From NCBI RefSeq assembly GCF_000017845.1, contig NC_010546.1, forward strand, positions 3,060,001 through 3,092,000: a DNA stretch of 32,000 nt, given 5' to 3'. The position numbers and the translations under genes are program-made. Below the pieces are notes generated by a model that worked only from the letters and a program-made list of their open reading frames with translations, was not told where the DNA came from and did no database searches. Within the stretch, counting starts at the first letter, position 1. Each line of letters starts with the position of its first letter. The stretch is from Crocosphaera subtropica ATCC 51142 (lineage in GTDB: Bacteria > Cyanobacteriota > Cyanobacteriia > Cyanobacteriales > Microcystaceae). Shown in pieces: positions 19,366 to 29,500 of this stretch.

Positions 19366-19878
19366 ATGAGTATGATCGGACTGTTTTACGGTACAGAAAC
19401 GGGAAAGACCGAAACCACCGCAGAAATGATTCAATCAGAACTAGGAGGGGATAAGGTTGTCGAACTAATGGATATTGCTGATTGTGAGGCGACGGACTTA
19501 GAGAAGTATGATTATTTAATCATCGGTTGTCCAACCTGGAACGTAGGAGAGCTACAAAGCGATTGGGAAAGCATTTATGATGATTTAGACACTATTGATT
19601 TTAAAGGCAAACAAGTCGCTTATTTTGGTACAGGGGATCAAATCGGCTATAGTGATAACTTTCAGGATGCGATGGGAATGCTCGAAGAGAAAATTAGTCA
19701 ATTGGGGGGAAAAACCGTCGGTCATTGGTCAGTAGATGGCTATGATTTTGATGACTCAAAAGCGGTGAAAAACGGTAAGTTTGTCGGTTTAGCTCTCGAT
19801 GAAGATAATCAGTCAGACTTGACCGAAGAACGTATTAAAACTTGGGTTGCTCAACTTAAACAAGAGTTTAACCTCTAA
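19366..19878 (+). CDS. isiB: Long-chain flavodoxin
   Basis: 170 aa. The FMN-binding start is IGLFYGTETGKTE. PTWNVGELQSDW, YFGTGDQIGYSDNFQDA and the long-chain insert are present. Confidence 0.95.
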   Translation: MSMIGLFYGTETGKTETTAEMIQSELGGDKVVELMDIADCEATDLEKYDYLIIGCPTWNVGELQSDWESIYDDLDTIDFKGKQVAYFGTGDQIGYSDNFQDAMGMLEEKISQLGGKTVGHWSVDGYDFDDSKAVKNGKFVGLALDEDNQSDLTEERIKTWVAQLKQEFNL

Positions 19879-19942
19879 TTGATGGCTATCAAGAAATTTT
19901 AAAGTTTTCTCGTTTGTTAGAATCCAATCCACTTGTTTGGAC

Positions 19943-19984
19943 ACTCCTCTGTTACAGTTTAAGATTAACAGAGGAGTTTCTTTT
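19943..19984 (+). terminator. Rho-independent terminator after isiB
   Basis: A perfect 12-bp stem ACTCCTCTGTTA / TAACAGAGGAGT with an 11-nt loop is followed by TTTCTTTT. The element abuts the stop of the convergent 96-aa ORF. Confidence 0.8.
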
Positions 19985-20273
19985 ACTTATATCTTTGATG
20001 AAATTGATTTAATAAGCTCTGAGTCGAAGGTATAAATTGATCTAGGTAATTTGATTTCACAACTTCAACCCTTTTTGAGTCAATTTTATGAGACATTTCG
20101 GGTTCCATTGGGGAAACGCAACATTTTCCTAAAAAATTGTGAAAATCATCAGCATCAGTGAATCTCGGCAAAATAGGTATTTTTCTATCAATATCCTCGA
20201 TTATTGCCTTGGTATGATAATAAGTTCTAAAGACTTCTCTAATTACGGGAAATGTTTCGAGTTTCATGATCAA
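19983..20273 (-). CDS. Hypothetical protein (96 aa), no recognisable family
   Basis: This is the only ORF of at least 60 aa in the 780-bp gap between isiB and giant gene 2. It has an ATG start and no signal peptide. Confidence 0.4.
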   Translation of the reverse strand: MIMKLETFPVIREVFRTYYHTKAIIEDIDRKIPILPRFTDADDFHNFLGKCCVSPMEPEMSHKIDSKRVEVVKSNYLDQFIPSTQSLLNQFHQRYK

Positions 20274-20491
20274 TAAAATACAAAATGTCTTCTTTTAATA
20301 TTGATTGAAATACTGATATCCCTACGCCACGGGTAAAAGTTGACGTTTCTGAGAACAGCGTTTCTGCTTATTCAATGTCTTCAATCAAATGGGCAGTGGT
20401 ATGGCTAAAAAATGTTTTAATAAACTAATTACAGTTTAAATTAATTAAGAAAACTTGTCAATAAGTTGTTTAAAAATTTGTATAACAGAAG

Positions 20492-20521
20492 CCCCAACGA
20501 ACTGCTTACGGTTCGTTGGGG
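20492..20521 (-). terminator. Strong GC-rich hairpin downstream of giant gene 2
   Basis: CCCCAACGAAC-8nt-GTTCGTTGGGG forms an 11-bp perfect stem about 140 nt after the stop at 20660. The U-tract is weak, so it could be a terminator or an RNA-stability element. Confidence 0.5.
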
Positions 20522-20659
20522 TCATTCCTATTTTGCTCAATGTTTGAAAAGATATAATAGTACAAAAATTAGTCAGGACATTTTTTATATCCGTAATTTG
20601 TCCTTCCGAGGAAAGAAAACAGGGAAAAATAATTCTCCCCTGCCCTCCATTATCTCGAA

Positions 20660-23600
20660 TTAACCAAAGACAAAGTGATCAGCACTTAAACTACCAGCAC
20701 TCACACCGAGTAGTTTGGCTAACTCATCGTCTCCTGTGGCAATTAAGGTATCACCGTTTTCTTCACTGATCGTTAAACCGTCAAAGCCAATGCCCAAGCC
20801 AGCAATGCCCAAGACATCCGCTTCTAGGTCAAAGTCAGTGATGGTGTTGGCTGCTTCAGGAATTTCACCAACAGCAAGCCAGAAACTGTCAGATCCTGCA
20901 CCCCCTGTAACAACGTTATCACCCCCTAAGAGGAAGAAACTATCATCTCCTGCACCGCCAAAGGCACGGTCATTATGACCCAGGATAAAGGTATCATCGC
21001 CGGATTGTCCATAGAGACGGTTGCCACCATTACCCGCAACGGTATCAATGAAGTCATCTCCTGCGCCACCGAATACGATGTCGTCAGTGCCATCAAAACC
21101 AGGGGTAACACCAGCATCAAACATTTCTCCGTCGAGGCTGCCAAACACAGGAAGCTCAACCACAGGAGGGGTATCATCAATGGTAAAAGACACATCAGAA
21201 GCATCAGGAGCAACTTCGTATTCTTCCCCGTTAACTAGGGAGAAGTTGAACGCTTCTAACCCTTCTCCTGGACCATCTTCAAATACAGAGAGAGTAATGC
21301 TGGCGTTGGAGTCAGTCAAAGTAACAAAGAAACTGCTGCCAATGCCATCGGCTGGAGTAGGTACGCCGTCAATACCGGTAGTTTCAAATAACGGTGTGCC
21401 ATTTTCATCAAATAGTGCAAATTCTCCGAGAGAGCCAGCCGTATCGCTAGTAACGAGAACTTCTAGACCCTCTTGAGGGATCTCACCATCAACCGCAAAG
21501 CCAAAGGTGAATTCTTCTCCTTCGGTGAGTTCGGTTTTGTCGATAGAGATGCCCACAGTGGGTCCGACACCAGGGCCACCATTACCATCAACTAACTCAA
21601 AACTACCCATATTGGCATCTGGGTTGACGGTGTAGTCTGAACCTTCGAGGTCTTCTAATAGTTCAAAATTGAAGGTAAAGGGATCTTCTTCAATGATGTC
21701 ATTGAAGGTGGGCAGAGTAATACTCGCAGTTTCTTCCGAGAGTATAAATTCAACAACAGTGGGTTGTGCTTCGTCAAAAAATGGTCCAAATGTCAGACCC
21801 TCAACACTAAAACTATCACCCAACTGGTCTAATAGGACATCAAGCTCTTTAACATCTAAGAAAACTGAGAGTCCACCAGAAACATAGTTACCCTCAGCAT
21901 CGAAGACTGCTTCAGGAACCTCGCCATCAACGGTAAAAGTGGCTGTAAAAGCAGCATTAGGATCTTCTTCTATGACCTGTTCAGGGGTAATGCTTAGACT
22001 AACTTCAGGTAGAGTCTGTCCATCCTCGATGGTGAAGTCTATAGAGCTTGCCACTGGATCGACTGCATAGCCTTCCCCTTCAGCTAGGGTATAGGTAAAG
22101 GTTTCAGTCCCTTCAACTTCATCATCTGGGAAAACAGGAACCGAGATAGTGGCGTTGGCTTCATCCATCCGGAAGAAGAAGCCACTGACATCGTTGTCTG
22201 TCCCAACAATTTCACCACCCGTTACTTGAACCCCTTCGACTTCCCCTGTGCGCGCATTGCCTTCAATATCGAATTCAGCAATAGCTCTTGCTACATTGCT
22301 ATCGAGGAAGACGGTTACGCCCCCTTCAGGAATTTCTCCTTGAGCGTTCAAGGACACTGTTAAAACGGTTTGTTCACTTTCAACCAGTGTTTCAGGTGTT
22401 GCGGTAACCCCAATGGTCGGGACATTACTAGGCAACTCCCCATCACTAACGGTGAAGGTGGCACTGTTAACCCCAGTTTCATCGAGGTTATAACCTTCCC
22501 CTTCAATTAAGGTCAAAGTGTACTCGGTATCCATTTCCTCAAAGATGTCATCGACTACGGGTAAGCGTAGGGTAGCATTGGCTTCGGTAATGGTGACTCG
22601 TTGTAGCAGTCTGAGAAAGTTTCCGTCTTCATCGGTAATAGTTGTACGAGAACCACTAGGAATGCTGATACCGACGTTATCTCCTCCATTGGAGGGATTA
22701 CTAATTTGAGTCCCTAATAAGAGGGGGTCGGTGGTTTCGAGAACCACTGTGGTGCCAGAGGCAGGAATGTCACCAATGGTGGTGAAGTTTAATTCTAATA
22801 CTGTGCCTTCGTCTTCTCTGAGTAGGGTGGGACTGCCACTCATGCTAACTACGGGTGGCTCTAGGACATCTTCGATGCTAAAGGTAACACTGGGTCGAGA
22901 AGAACGAACATTATAACTTTCCCCTTCGGCTAGGGCAAAAGTAAAGGTTTCAAGTCCTTCGGTTACATCATCGGAGAAGACAGGAACCGAGATAGTAGCG
23001 TTGGCTTGATCGATACGGAAGAAGAAGCCACTGACATCGTTGTCTGTCCCAACAATTTCACCACCCGTTACTTCGACCCCTTCGACTTCCCCTGTGCGCG
23101 CATTGCCTTCAATATCGAATTCAGCAATGGCTCTTGCCACATTGCTATCGAGGAAGACCTCTATACCCCCTTCAGGAATTTCTCCTCGAACGTCGAAGGT
23201 TAAGGTTAAGATGCTCGGCTCACTTTCGTAGAGGGTTCCAGGGGTAGCACGAACTCCGATGGTGGGGACTTCGTCTGGTATCATGCCATCACTAACGGTG
23301 AAGGTGGCACTGTTAACCCCAGTTTCATCGAGGTTATAACCTTCCCCTTCCACTAAGGTCAAAGTGTACTCGGTATCCATTTCCTCGAAGATGTCATCGA
23401 CTACGGGTAAGCGTAGGGTAGCATTGGCTTCGGTAATGGTGACTCGTTGTAGCAGTCTGAGAAAGTTTCCGTCTTCATCGGTAATAGTTGTACGAGAACC
23501 ACTAGGAATGCTGATACCGACGTTATCTCCTCCATTGGAGGGATTACTAATTTGAGTCCCTAATAAGAGGGGGTCGGTGGTTTCGAGAACCACTGTGGTG

Positions 23601-26116
23601 CCAGAGGCAGGAATGTCACCAATGGTGGTGAAGTTTAATTCTAATACTGTGCCTTCGTCTTCTCTGAGTAGGGTGGGACTGCCACTCATGCTGACTACGG
23701 GTGGCTCTAGGATATCTTCGATGGTGAAACTGATGCTTTTGCGGCCTTCTCTGACCTGATATCCTTCGCCGTCAAGCACTGTAAACGTGAAGTCTTCAGT
23801 GCCTTCAGTAACATCATCTTGAAAGACGGGTACTGTGATGGATGAAAACTCTTCGGTAACTCGGAAGAAGAAGCCACCGGCTGTCTCATTGGTGCCAACA
23901 ATGCTACCACCCACTACCACAGGTCCAGTGACCACAGTTTCATCTTCGGGTAAACGGGGGTTAGTTGCATTAACATCAAATTCGGCGATCGCCCTAGGGG
24001 GACCATCTACAAAGACAACTACGCCTTCAGGGGGAATCTCACCCCTTGTTCTAAAGTTAATAGTAATCGCTGTTTGTTCGCTTTCATAGAGGGTGCCAGG
24101 AGTTGAAGAGATTTCTACTCTTGGGCCAACACCACCCTCAACTCCATCAGTTAAGGTAAATGTGCCGGTGCTGGCTTCGCTGTTAATGGTGTAGCCTTCC
24201 CCTTCTACTAAAGTATAGGTATAGGTCGTGTCTGCTTCTTCAATGAGATCATCCAACACGGGAAGGGTAATACTAGCGTTGGGTTCAGTGATGGTAAAGC
24301 TGAAGTTACTCAGAAAACCATCTCCTGCGGCGGTAGGATCGGAGTTGCTTTCACTGGGATCTCCGTCTTCTAAGGAAAAGCGATCAAGCACTCCGCCAAC
24401 GATGAAGCCGTTATCGGGGTTAACAAAGCCGTTATCAAAGCGATAGAAGATGTTTCCTGTTTCTGAGTCGAAGCGAGTTTGCGCCACGGTGAACTGTTGC
24501 ATAATTCGAGCAACATCCCCTTCTAGGTTGACGGTGATGCCGTTTTCGGGAATCTCCCCATCCACGCTGAACTCCATTACCAACGCTGTACCTTCGGCTT
24601 CACTAATGACCTCTGGGGTGGTGCTGAAACTCACCACAGGGAAAGCAGGGACATCCCCATCCTCAATGGTTACATTGATAACACTGGCATCGGGATCAAT
24701 CTCATAGAGTTCCCCATCTTGTAAATTAAAGATGAGGGTTTCCTCTCCTTCAGCCACATCGTCTTGAAACACCGGAACGGAAATAGTCGCTGTAGGTTCA
24801 AAAATTCGGAAGAACACCGAGCCAGCTACCTCATCGGTGCCGACAATGTTGCCACCGGTGACAACGACCCCTTCTACCACTGTCTCATTTTCGGGTAACC
24901 GTGGGTTAGTGGCATTGACATCAAACTCGGCGATCGCCCTTGGGGGTCCTTGCAACTGCACCACCAAACCGTCAGCGGGAATATCTCCTTCCGTGGTAAA
25001 GGTAATTTCAAAAACGGTCTGTTCTGACTCAAGTAGGGTTGTGGGGGTGGCTGTCACCCCAACGGTGGGACTGGTGGCAGGGGTTACCCCATCGGTTACG
25101 GTAAACGTGCCACTGTTAGCGGTTTCGTCAACGGTGTAGCCGTCCCCTTCTACCAGGGTATAGGTGTAGGTGGTGTCTGCTTCTTGTAGGATGTCATCAG
25201 ACACCGGCAAGGTAATACTGGCGGTTGGCTCCGTGATGGTGAAGCTGAAGTTACTTAGGAAGCCTATACCTGCGGCCTCGGGGTCGGAGTTATCTTGAGC
25301 AGGGTCACCATCTTCTAGGGAGAAGACCTCAAGGGTTCCACCCACGAGTCCCGCCCCCGGTCCAAAGGAAGTGTCAAAGCGATAAAAGATGTTGCCCTCG
25401 TCAGTAACTCGGGTTTGAACCGCTCCGTCTCCATCGGGTGCCAGAAACTGTTGGAGAATTTCCGCCATATCCCCTTCTAAGAAAACGGTGATGCCGTCTT
25501 CGGGAATCTCCCCGTCCACGCTGAACTCCATTACCAACGCGGTACCGTCCGCTTCATTAATAACTGTTGGGGTGGTGCTGAAACTGACTACAGGTGGATC
25601 ACCGTCACCAATATCCGGTAACTGACTCACATCATCAGCAAATAACACTAGGCTAGTAGCTGCTGCTGGATCGATGGTATAGTCACTGATGCCTGTGATA
25701 TCGACTGCATCTTCGTCACTGACTTCATCTGCTGTTTTGACTGAGAAAGTGGCTTCGACTAAACCATCGAAGGTTTCGGGTAAAAAGCTATCAGGTTCGG
25801 CATTATCAAAAATGGGAATAGTAAAACTACCAAAGGTCGCTCCTTCGCTAATGGTTAACGCTATTCCAGAGTTATCAAAATCAGTTCTAATAGAGGCTGG
25901 ACTAATATTTTCCGTAACGGGGTTAAAGGCAAAGGTGGGTAAGTCGAGTCGGTTCAGAATTTGTTCGACATCGCTATCAATAAAAACCCTCAAACCCCCT
26001 TCAGGGGCGGGTTCATCGAGATCCAAACGAAGGGTTAAAGCTGTACCAAGGGTTTCAACGAGGGCGTTTAACGCACCATCAAAGTTGGTTGAAGTTGATA
26101 AACTAACTTGGGTCAT
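20660..26116 (-). CDS. Giant (1818 aa) acidic Calx-beta-like repeat exoprotein with a C-terminal RTX module
   Basis: More than 10 repeats carry Calx-beta-like signatures (SVPVFQDDVAEGEETLIFNL, LPVVDDIFEEMDTEYTLTL and similar). The C-terminal 164 aa are about 96% identical to gene 1, including DHFVFG. I found no Cys codon. Confidence 0.9.
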   Translation of the reverse strand: MTQVSLSTSTNFDGALNALVETLGTALTLRLDLDEPAPEGGLRVFIDSDVEQILNRLDLPTFAFNPVTENISPASIRTDFDNSGIALTISEGATFGSFTIPIFDNAEPDSFLPETFDGLVEATFSVKTADEVSDEDAVDITGISDYTIDPAAATSLVLFADDVSQLPDIGDGDPPVVSFSTTPTVINEADGTALVMEFSVDGEIPEDGITVFLEGDMAEILQQFLAPDGDGAVQTRVTDEGNIFYRFDTSFGPGAGLVGGTLEVFSLEDGDPAQDNSDPEAAGIGFLSNFSFTITEPTASITLPVSDDILQEADTTYTYTLVEGDGYTVDETANSGTFTVTDGVTPATSPTVGVTATPTTLLESEQTVFEITFTTEGDIPADGLVVQLQGPPRAIAEFDVNATNPRLPENETVVEGVVVTGGNIVGTDEVAGSVFFRIFEPTATISVPVFQDDVAEGEETLIFNLQDGELYEIDPDASVINVTIEDGDVPAFPVVSFSTTPEVISEAEGTALVMEFSVDGEIPENGITVNLEGDVARIMQQFTVAQTRFDSETGNIFYRFDNGFVNPDNGFIVGGVLDRFSLEDGDPSESNSDPTAAGDGFLSNFSFTITEPNASITLPVLDDLIEEADTTYTYTLVEGEGYTINSEASTGTFTLTDGVEGGVGPRVEISSTPGTLYESEQTAITINFRTRGEIPPEGVVVFVDGPPRAIAEFDVNATNPRLPEDETVVTGPVVVGGSIVGTNETAGGFFFRVTEEFSSITVPVFQDDVTEGTEDFTFTVLDGEGYQVREGRKSISFTIEDILEPPVVSMSGSPTLLREDEGTVLELNFTTIGDIPASGTTVVLETTDPLLLGTQISNPSNGGDNVGISIPSGSRTTITDEDGNFLRLLQRVTITEANATLRLPVVDDIFEEMDTEYTLTLVEGEGYNLDETGVNSATFTVSDGMIPDEVPTIGVRATPGTLYESEPSILTLTFDVRGEIPEGGIEVFLDSNVARAIAEFDIEGNARTGEVEGVEVTGGEIVGTDNDVSGFFFRIDQANATISVPVFSDDVTEGLETFTFALAEGESYNVRSSRPSVTFSIEDVLEPPVVSMSGSPTLLREDEGTVLELNFTTIGDIPASGTTVVLETTDPLLLGTQISNPSNGGDNVGISIPSGSRTTITDEDGNFLRLLQRVTITEANATLRLPVVDDIFEEMDTEYTLTLIEGEGYNLDETGVNSATFTVSDGELPSNVPTIGVTATPETLVESEQTVLTVSLNAQGEIPEGGVTVFLDSNVARAIAEFDIEGNARTGEVEGVQVTGGEIVGTDNDVSGFFFRMDEANATISVPVFPDDEVEGTETFTYTLAEGEGYAVDPVASSIDFTIEDGQTLPEVSLSITPEQVIEEDPNAAFTATFTVDGEVPEAVFDAEGNYVSGGLSVFLDVKELDVLLDQLGDSFSVEGLTFGPFFDEAQPTVVEFILSEETASITLPTFNDIIEEDPFTFNFELLEDLEGSDYTVNPDANMGSFELVDGNGGPGVGPTVGISIDKTELTEGEEFTFGFAVDGEIPQEGLEVLVTSDTAGSLGEFALFDENGTPLFETTGIDGVPTPADGIGSSFFVTLTDSNASITLSVFEDGPGEGLEAFNFSLVNGEEYEVAPDASDVSFTIDDTPPVVELPVFGSLDGEMFDAGVTPGFDGTDDIVFGGAGDDFIDTVAGNGGNRLYGQSGDDTFILGHNDRAFGGAGDDSFFLLGGDNVVTGGAGSDSFWLAVGEIPEAANTITDFDLEADVLGIAGLGIGFDGLTISEENGDTLIATGDDELAKLLGVSAGSLSADHFVFG
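22022..23713. repeat. 2 x 846-bp (282-aa) tandem duplication inside giant gene 2
   Basis: The period of 846 nt follows from the identical antisense ORFs at 22518-22709 and 23364-23555. Segment 22439-22877 is about 99% identical to 23285-23723. The other half of each unit is clearly more diverged. An older duplication of about 954 bp links roughly 24548 and 25502. Confidence 0.85.
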
Positions 26117-26435
26117 TTTTTTATTAGTGCAAAATTATCTTTAATTTGTTGATGGTTGAGTGTTGCTTTAGAATTGGATTGTTCAGGCAATACTCAAAAA
26201 ATCTGAGACAGATTGGACTCTGTTGTCAACTAAGAGTAAAAATAGTTATTAACTGTTGCCACTAATTAGACATTGCTAATTAACTGTTTTACTCTCAATG
26301 GGGAAAATCCGAGGAAAGCGAGATTGGCTTTATAGCAACCTCTGTTGGGATGACAGAGAGAAGTGGGATGATTTGGATTAGAGAATTGTCAGTCCACACA
26401 TCTGAGAATTACTCTCAATAATTTTTCCTTGATGA

Positions 26436-26444
26436 ACTATATCA
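26436..26444 (-). promoter_or_regulatory. Candidate extended -10 (TGATATAGT) for giant gene 2
   Basis: This is the paralogue of the element at 19187-19195. It sits within a roughly 150-bp stretch that aligns by eye between the two upstream regions. Confidence 0.35.
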
Positions 26445-26507
26445 CATACATTTCTTTTTGGCTAGGATTTTTATATTTTAGTCAGATGAGGTTATGGAGT
26501 CTGTACT

Positions 26508-26524
26508 TGTGCAAATTTTACACA
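26508..26524. promoter_or_regulatory. Paralogous copy of the palindrome (TGTGCAAA-T-TTTACACA)
   Basis: It matches 19258-19274 at 16 of 17 positions. It lies about 77 nt upstream of the conserved -10-like element, in gene 2 orientation. Confidence 0.45.
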
Positions 26525-26579
26525 GTGTTAGGTGATATGAAATCTCTTTGAATACCATATTTATAAACAAAAAATACTA

Positions 26580-29500
26580 TTAAATGTCTATTTCCTTTCG
26601 TTGTTTAGTTGAATCAACCAAAGAAGGTTGAACAGATAGTTGAATCACATTAATTCGCTCTGCTAAACTCGCTACTGTCGGTTTTTCAAACAGAGTACGC
26701 AAGGGTAAATCTAAAGAAAGCGTTTGACGTAAACGAGAATTAATACGAGTCGCTAAAAGAGAATTACCCCCTAATTCAAAAAAGTTATCATCAACACTCA
26801 AACTATCAATTTTAAGAATTTCTCGCCAAATGTCTGCAATTTTCCTTTCAATGGTATTACGAGGGGCAATGACTTCCTTTTTACTCAACTGACTTAAAGC
26901 AAGCAACGCCTTTCGATCTAGCTTGCCATTAGGCGTTAACGGGAAACTTTCTAAGGTCACAAAAGCACTGGGAACCCCATAACTGGGTAATTTTTGCTCT
27001 AAAAACTGACGCAGTTTCTGAGAAATGTCTTCTGTTTGAGACGTTTGAATATAAGCAATCAGTCGGCGATCGCCTGATTCAAATTCTTTAGCAAGAACCA
27101 CACAGGCAGTGATATCGGGATGCTGGCTTAAAATTGTTTCTATTTCCCCCAACTCAAGACGAACCCCACGAATTTTTACCTGATTATCAATTCTCCCTAA
27201 ATATTCTAAATTGCCATCTTCTCGGTATCTAACAAGATCCCCTGTTCGATATAACCGTTCTCCCGGTTGAAAAGGGTTGGGAACAAAAGAGTGGGCTGTT
27301 AAGTCGGGTCGATTGAGGTATCCTCTAGCTAGTCCTTCTCCCCCTAAATATAGTTCCCCTGCGACTCCGACAGGCAGTAACTTCTGTTGGGCATTGAGAA
27401 CATAAACTTGAATATTATCAATAGGTTTGCCAATGGGAACGGAGTAGTCATCGGGAAGACAAGTCCAGGCGGTAACATCGATCGCTGCTTCGGTAGGACC
27501 ATAAAGATTGTGTAATTCAGCCTTTACGGTTTGGAAAAAGCGATTTTTTAAGTCCACAGATAAGGCTTCCCCACTACAAATAACCCGTTTCACGGAGTGA
27601 CACTGAGATGCGTTTGCTTCTTCGAGGAAAACTTGAAGCATAGACGGGACAAAGTGGACAGTAGTAATGTTTTGCTCAATGATTAAATTGGCCAGATAAC
27701 CACTATCTTGATGTCCCCCAGGTTTTGCTACCACCAAACAAGCCCCATTTAACAGCGTCCAAAGAAACTCCCACACAGACACATCAAAGGTGTAAGGGGT
27801 TTTTTGTAAAACACGGTCATCAGGGGTTAAATTATAAGCCTTCTGCATCCAATTTAAGCGATTTAACACGCCTCGATAGGTATTAACGACTCCTTTGGGG
27901 TTTCCTGTTGAACCTGATGTGTAAAGGGCATAAATGCTATTATTTGGCGTGGTTTGAGGTGTAAGATTGGTCTTCGGATATTGGGAGAGTTTAAAGTAAT
28001 CTCTGTTTAAATGAATCAGGGTTTCAACGGGACAGTTAGAAAAATTTTGATCCGTGAGCAAGATAGAGCTTTGAGTATCATGAAGGATAAACTTAATGCG
28101 TTCTAAAGGGTAAGTTGGTTCAATGGGAACATACGCTCCTCCTGCCTTAAGAATGGCTAAAATAGCAATTACCATCTCTAAAGACCGTTCTAAGCAAATA
28201 CCCACTAAAGTTTCTGGTTTTACCCCTAAACTCTGTAAATGATGGGCCAATTGGTTGGCTTGGCTGTTCAGTTCTTGATAAGTTAATTCTTGATTGTCAA
28301 ACGTAACAGCAATATGATTAGGGGTTTTCTCAACTTGTCTTTCAAACAGTTGAGGAATGTAAAGCTCCCTGCTTCCTGCTCCCTGCTCCCTCTGCTCCCT
28401 GCTCCATACTCCCTGCTGTTGTTCCGGTAATAAGGGTATCTGCCACAATAGTTGTTGAGGATTTTCTATAATGTGGGTTAATAGAGTTTGAAAATGTGCT
28501 AATAAACGATTAATCACTGCATCAGAAAAGCGATCGCAATGATATTTCATCTTAATTGATAATTCGCTTCCCCCTCCTACTAAAATCGTTAAGGGTAGAC
28601 TGGTCCATTCCGTAGACTTAACGCTTTCGATGGTCAATGTTTCGCTGAGTTGAGCCACCGAGGGATCAACAGGATAATTTTCAAACACCAGAATTGTGTC
28701 AAATAAAGGCGTACCTGGGGGTAAATCACTGTTTTTCTGAATTTCTAGTAAGGATACATATTCATACTGCGAGGATTCTCCTTGTTCAACTTGTAGCTGT
28801 TTTAACCAAGGAATTAGCTTTGCTTGGGGAGGAACCTGAACCCGCACGGGAAGGGTATTAATAAATAACCCCACCATTGAATTGATTCCTTCTAGACTGG
28901 CTGAACGTCCGGAACCCGTTGCGCCAAAAATAATATCATCTTCACCGCTATAATAACTTAATAATAATGCCAACGCTCCTCTAATTACGGTATTTAAGGT
29001 TAATTCTTGTTGCTGTGCCAAAGATTTTAAAGCAGTGGTGGTTTGAGGAGATAAGGCGATTTCTTGCTCTGCTTGTGAGCTATTTTCTGCCAAAATACCG
29101 CTTTTTCCTGGAACGTTCCAACTGGTAGGTGTGGTAAACCCTTTTAATTTCTGTTTCCAAAACGTCTTAGCAACTGTTTCATCTTGTTGCTGTAACCAAC
29201 TAATATAGTCACCGTAGGGACGAGGATGATTAAGGGATAAATTACCATCCCCATGATACTGTTGAAAGACCTCTTTAACCACTAATCCCGATGACCACCC
29301 ATCTAGAATTAAGTGATGTTGTGTCCAAACTAAATAATAACGATTTTTTGCTAAATAAATCAACTTTAGACGTATTTGAGGCGGATTTTTTAAATCAAAA
29401 TCCCGTTTTCGCTCTTTTTCTAAAAATTCTTGTAACTTTTGTTCTTGTTCTTCGGGAGAAATATCTCGCCAGTCCTGTTCTTCCCAAGGTAACTTAACCT

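Noticed and set aside
20466-20663. A 65-aa plus-strand ORF in the spacer downstream of giant gene 2.
   Set aside because: It starts at a non-ATG codon and reads straight through the 11-bp GC hairpin (20492-20521). It ends in the stop region of gene 2 and has no RBS or family resemblance. The hairpin or terminator interpretation fits better.
21021-26144. Many antisense ORFs of 60-151 aa inside giant gene 2 (for example 21021-21476 and 25689-26144). Similar ones occur in gene 1 (15762-16113, 17308-17547, 17932-18129, 18772-18966) and gene 3 (30048-30412).
   Set aside because: They all lie fully within long, well-supported minus-strand genes with clear domain homology. They are repeated only where the host gene is repeated. 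Their products are S/T/P-rich and low-complexity, as is typical of shadow ORFs.
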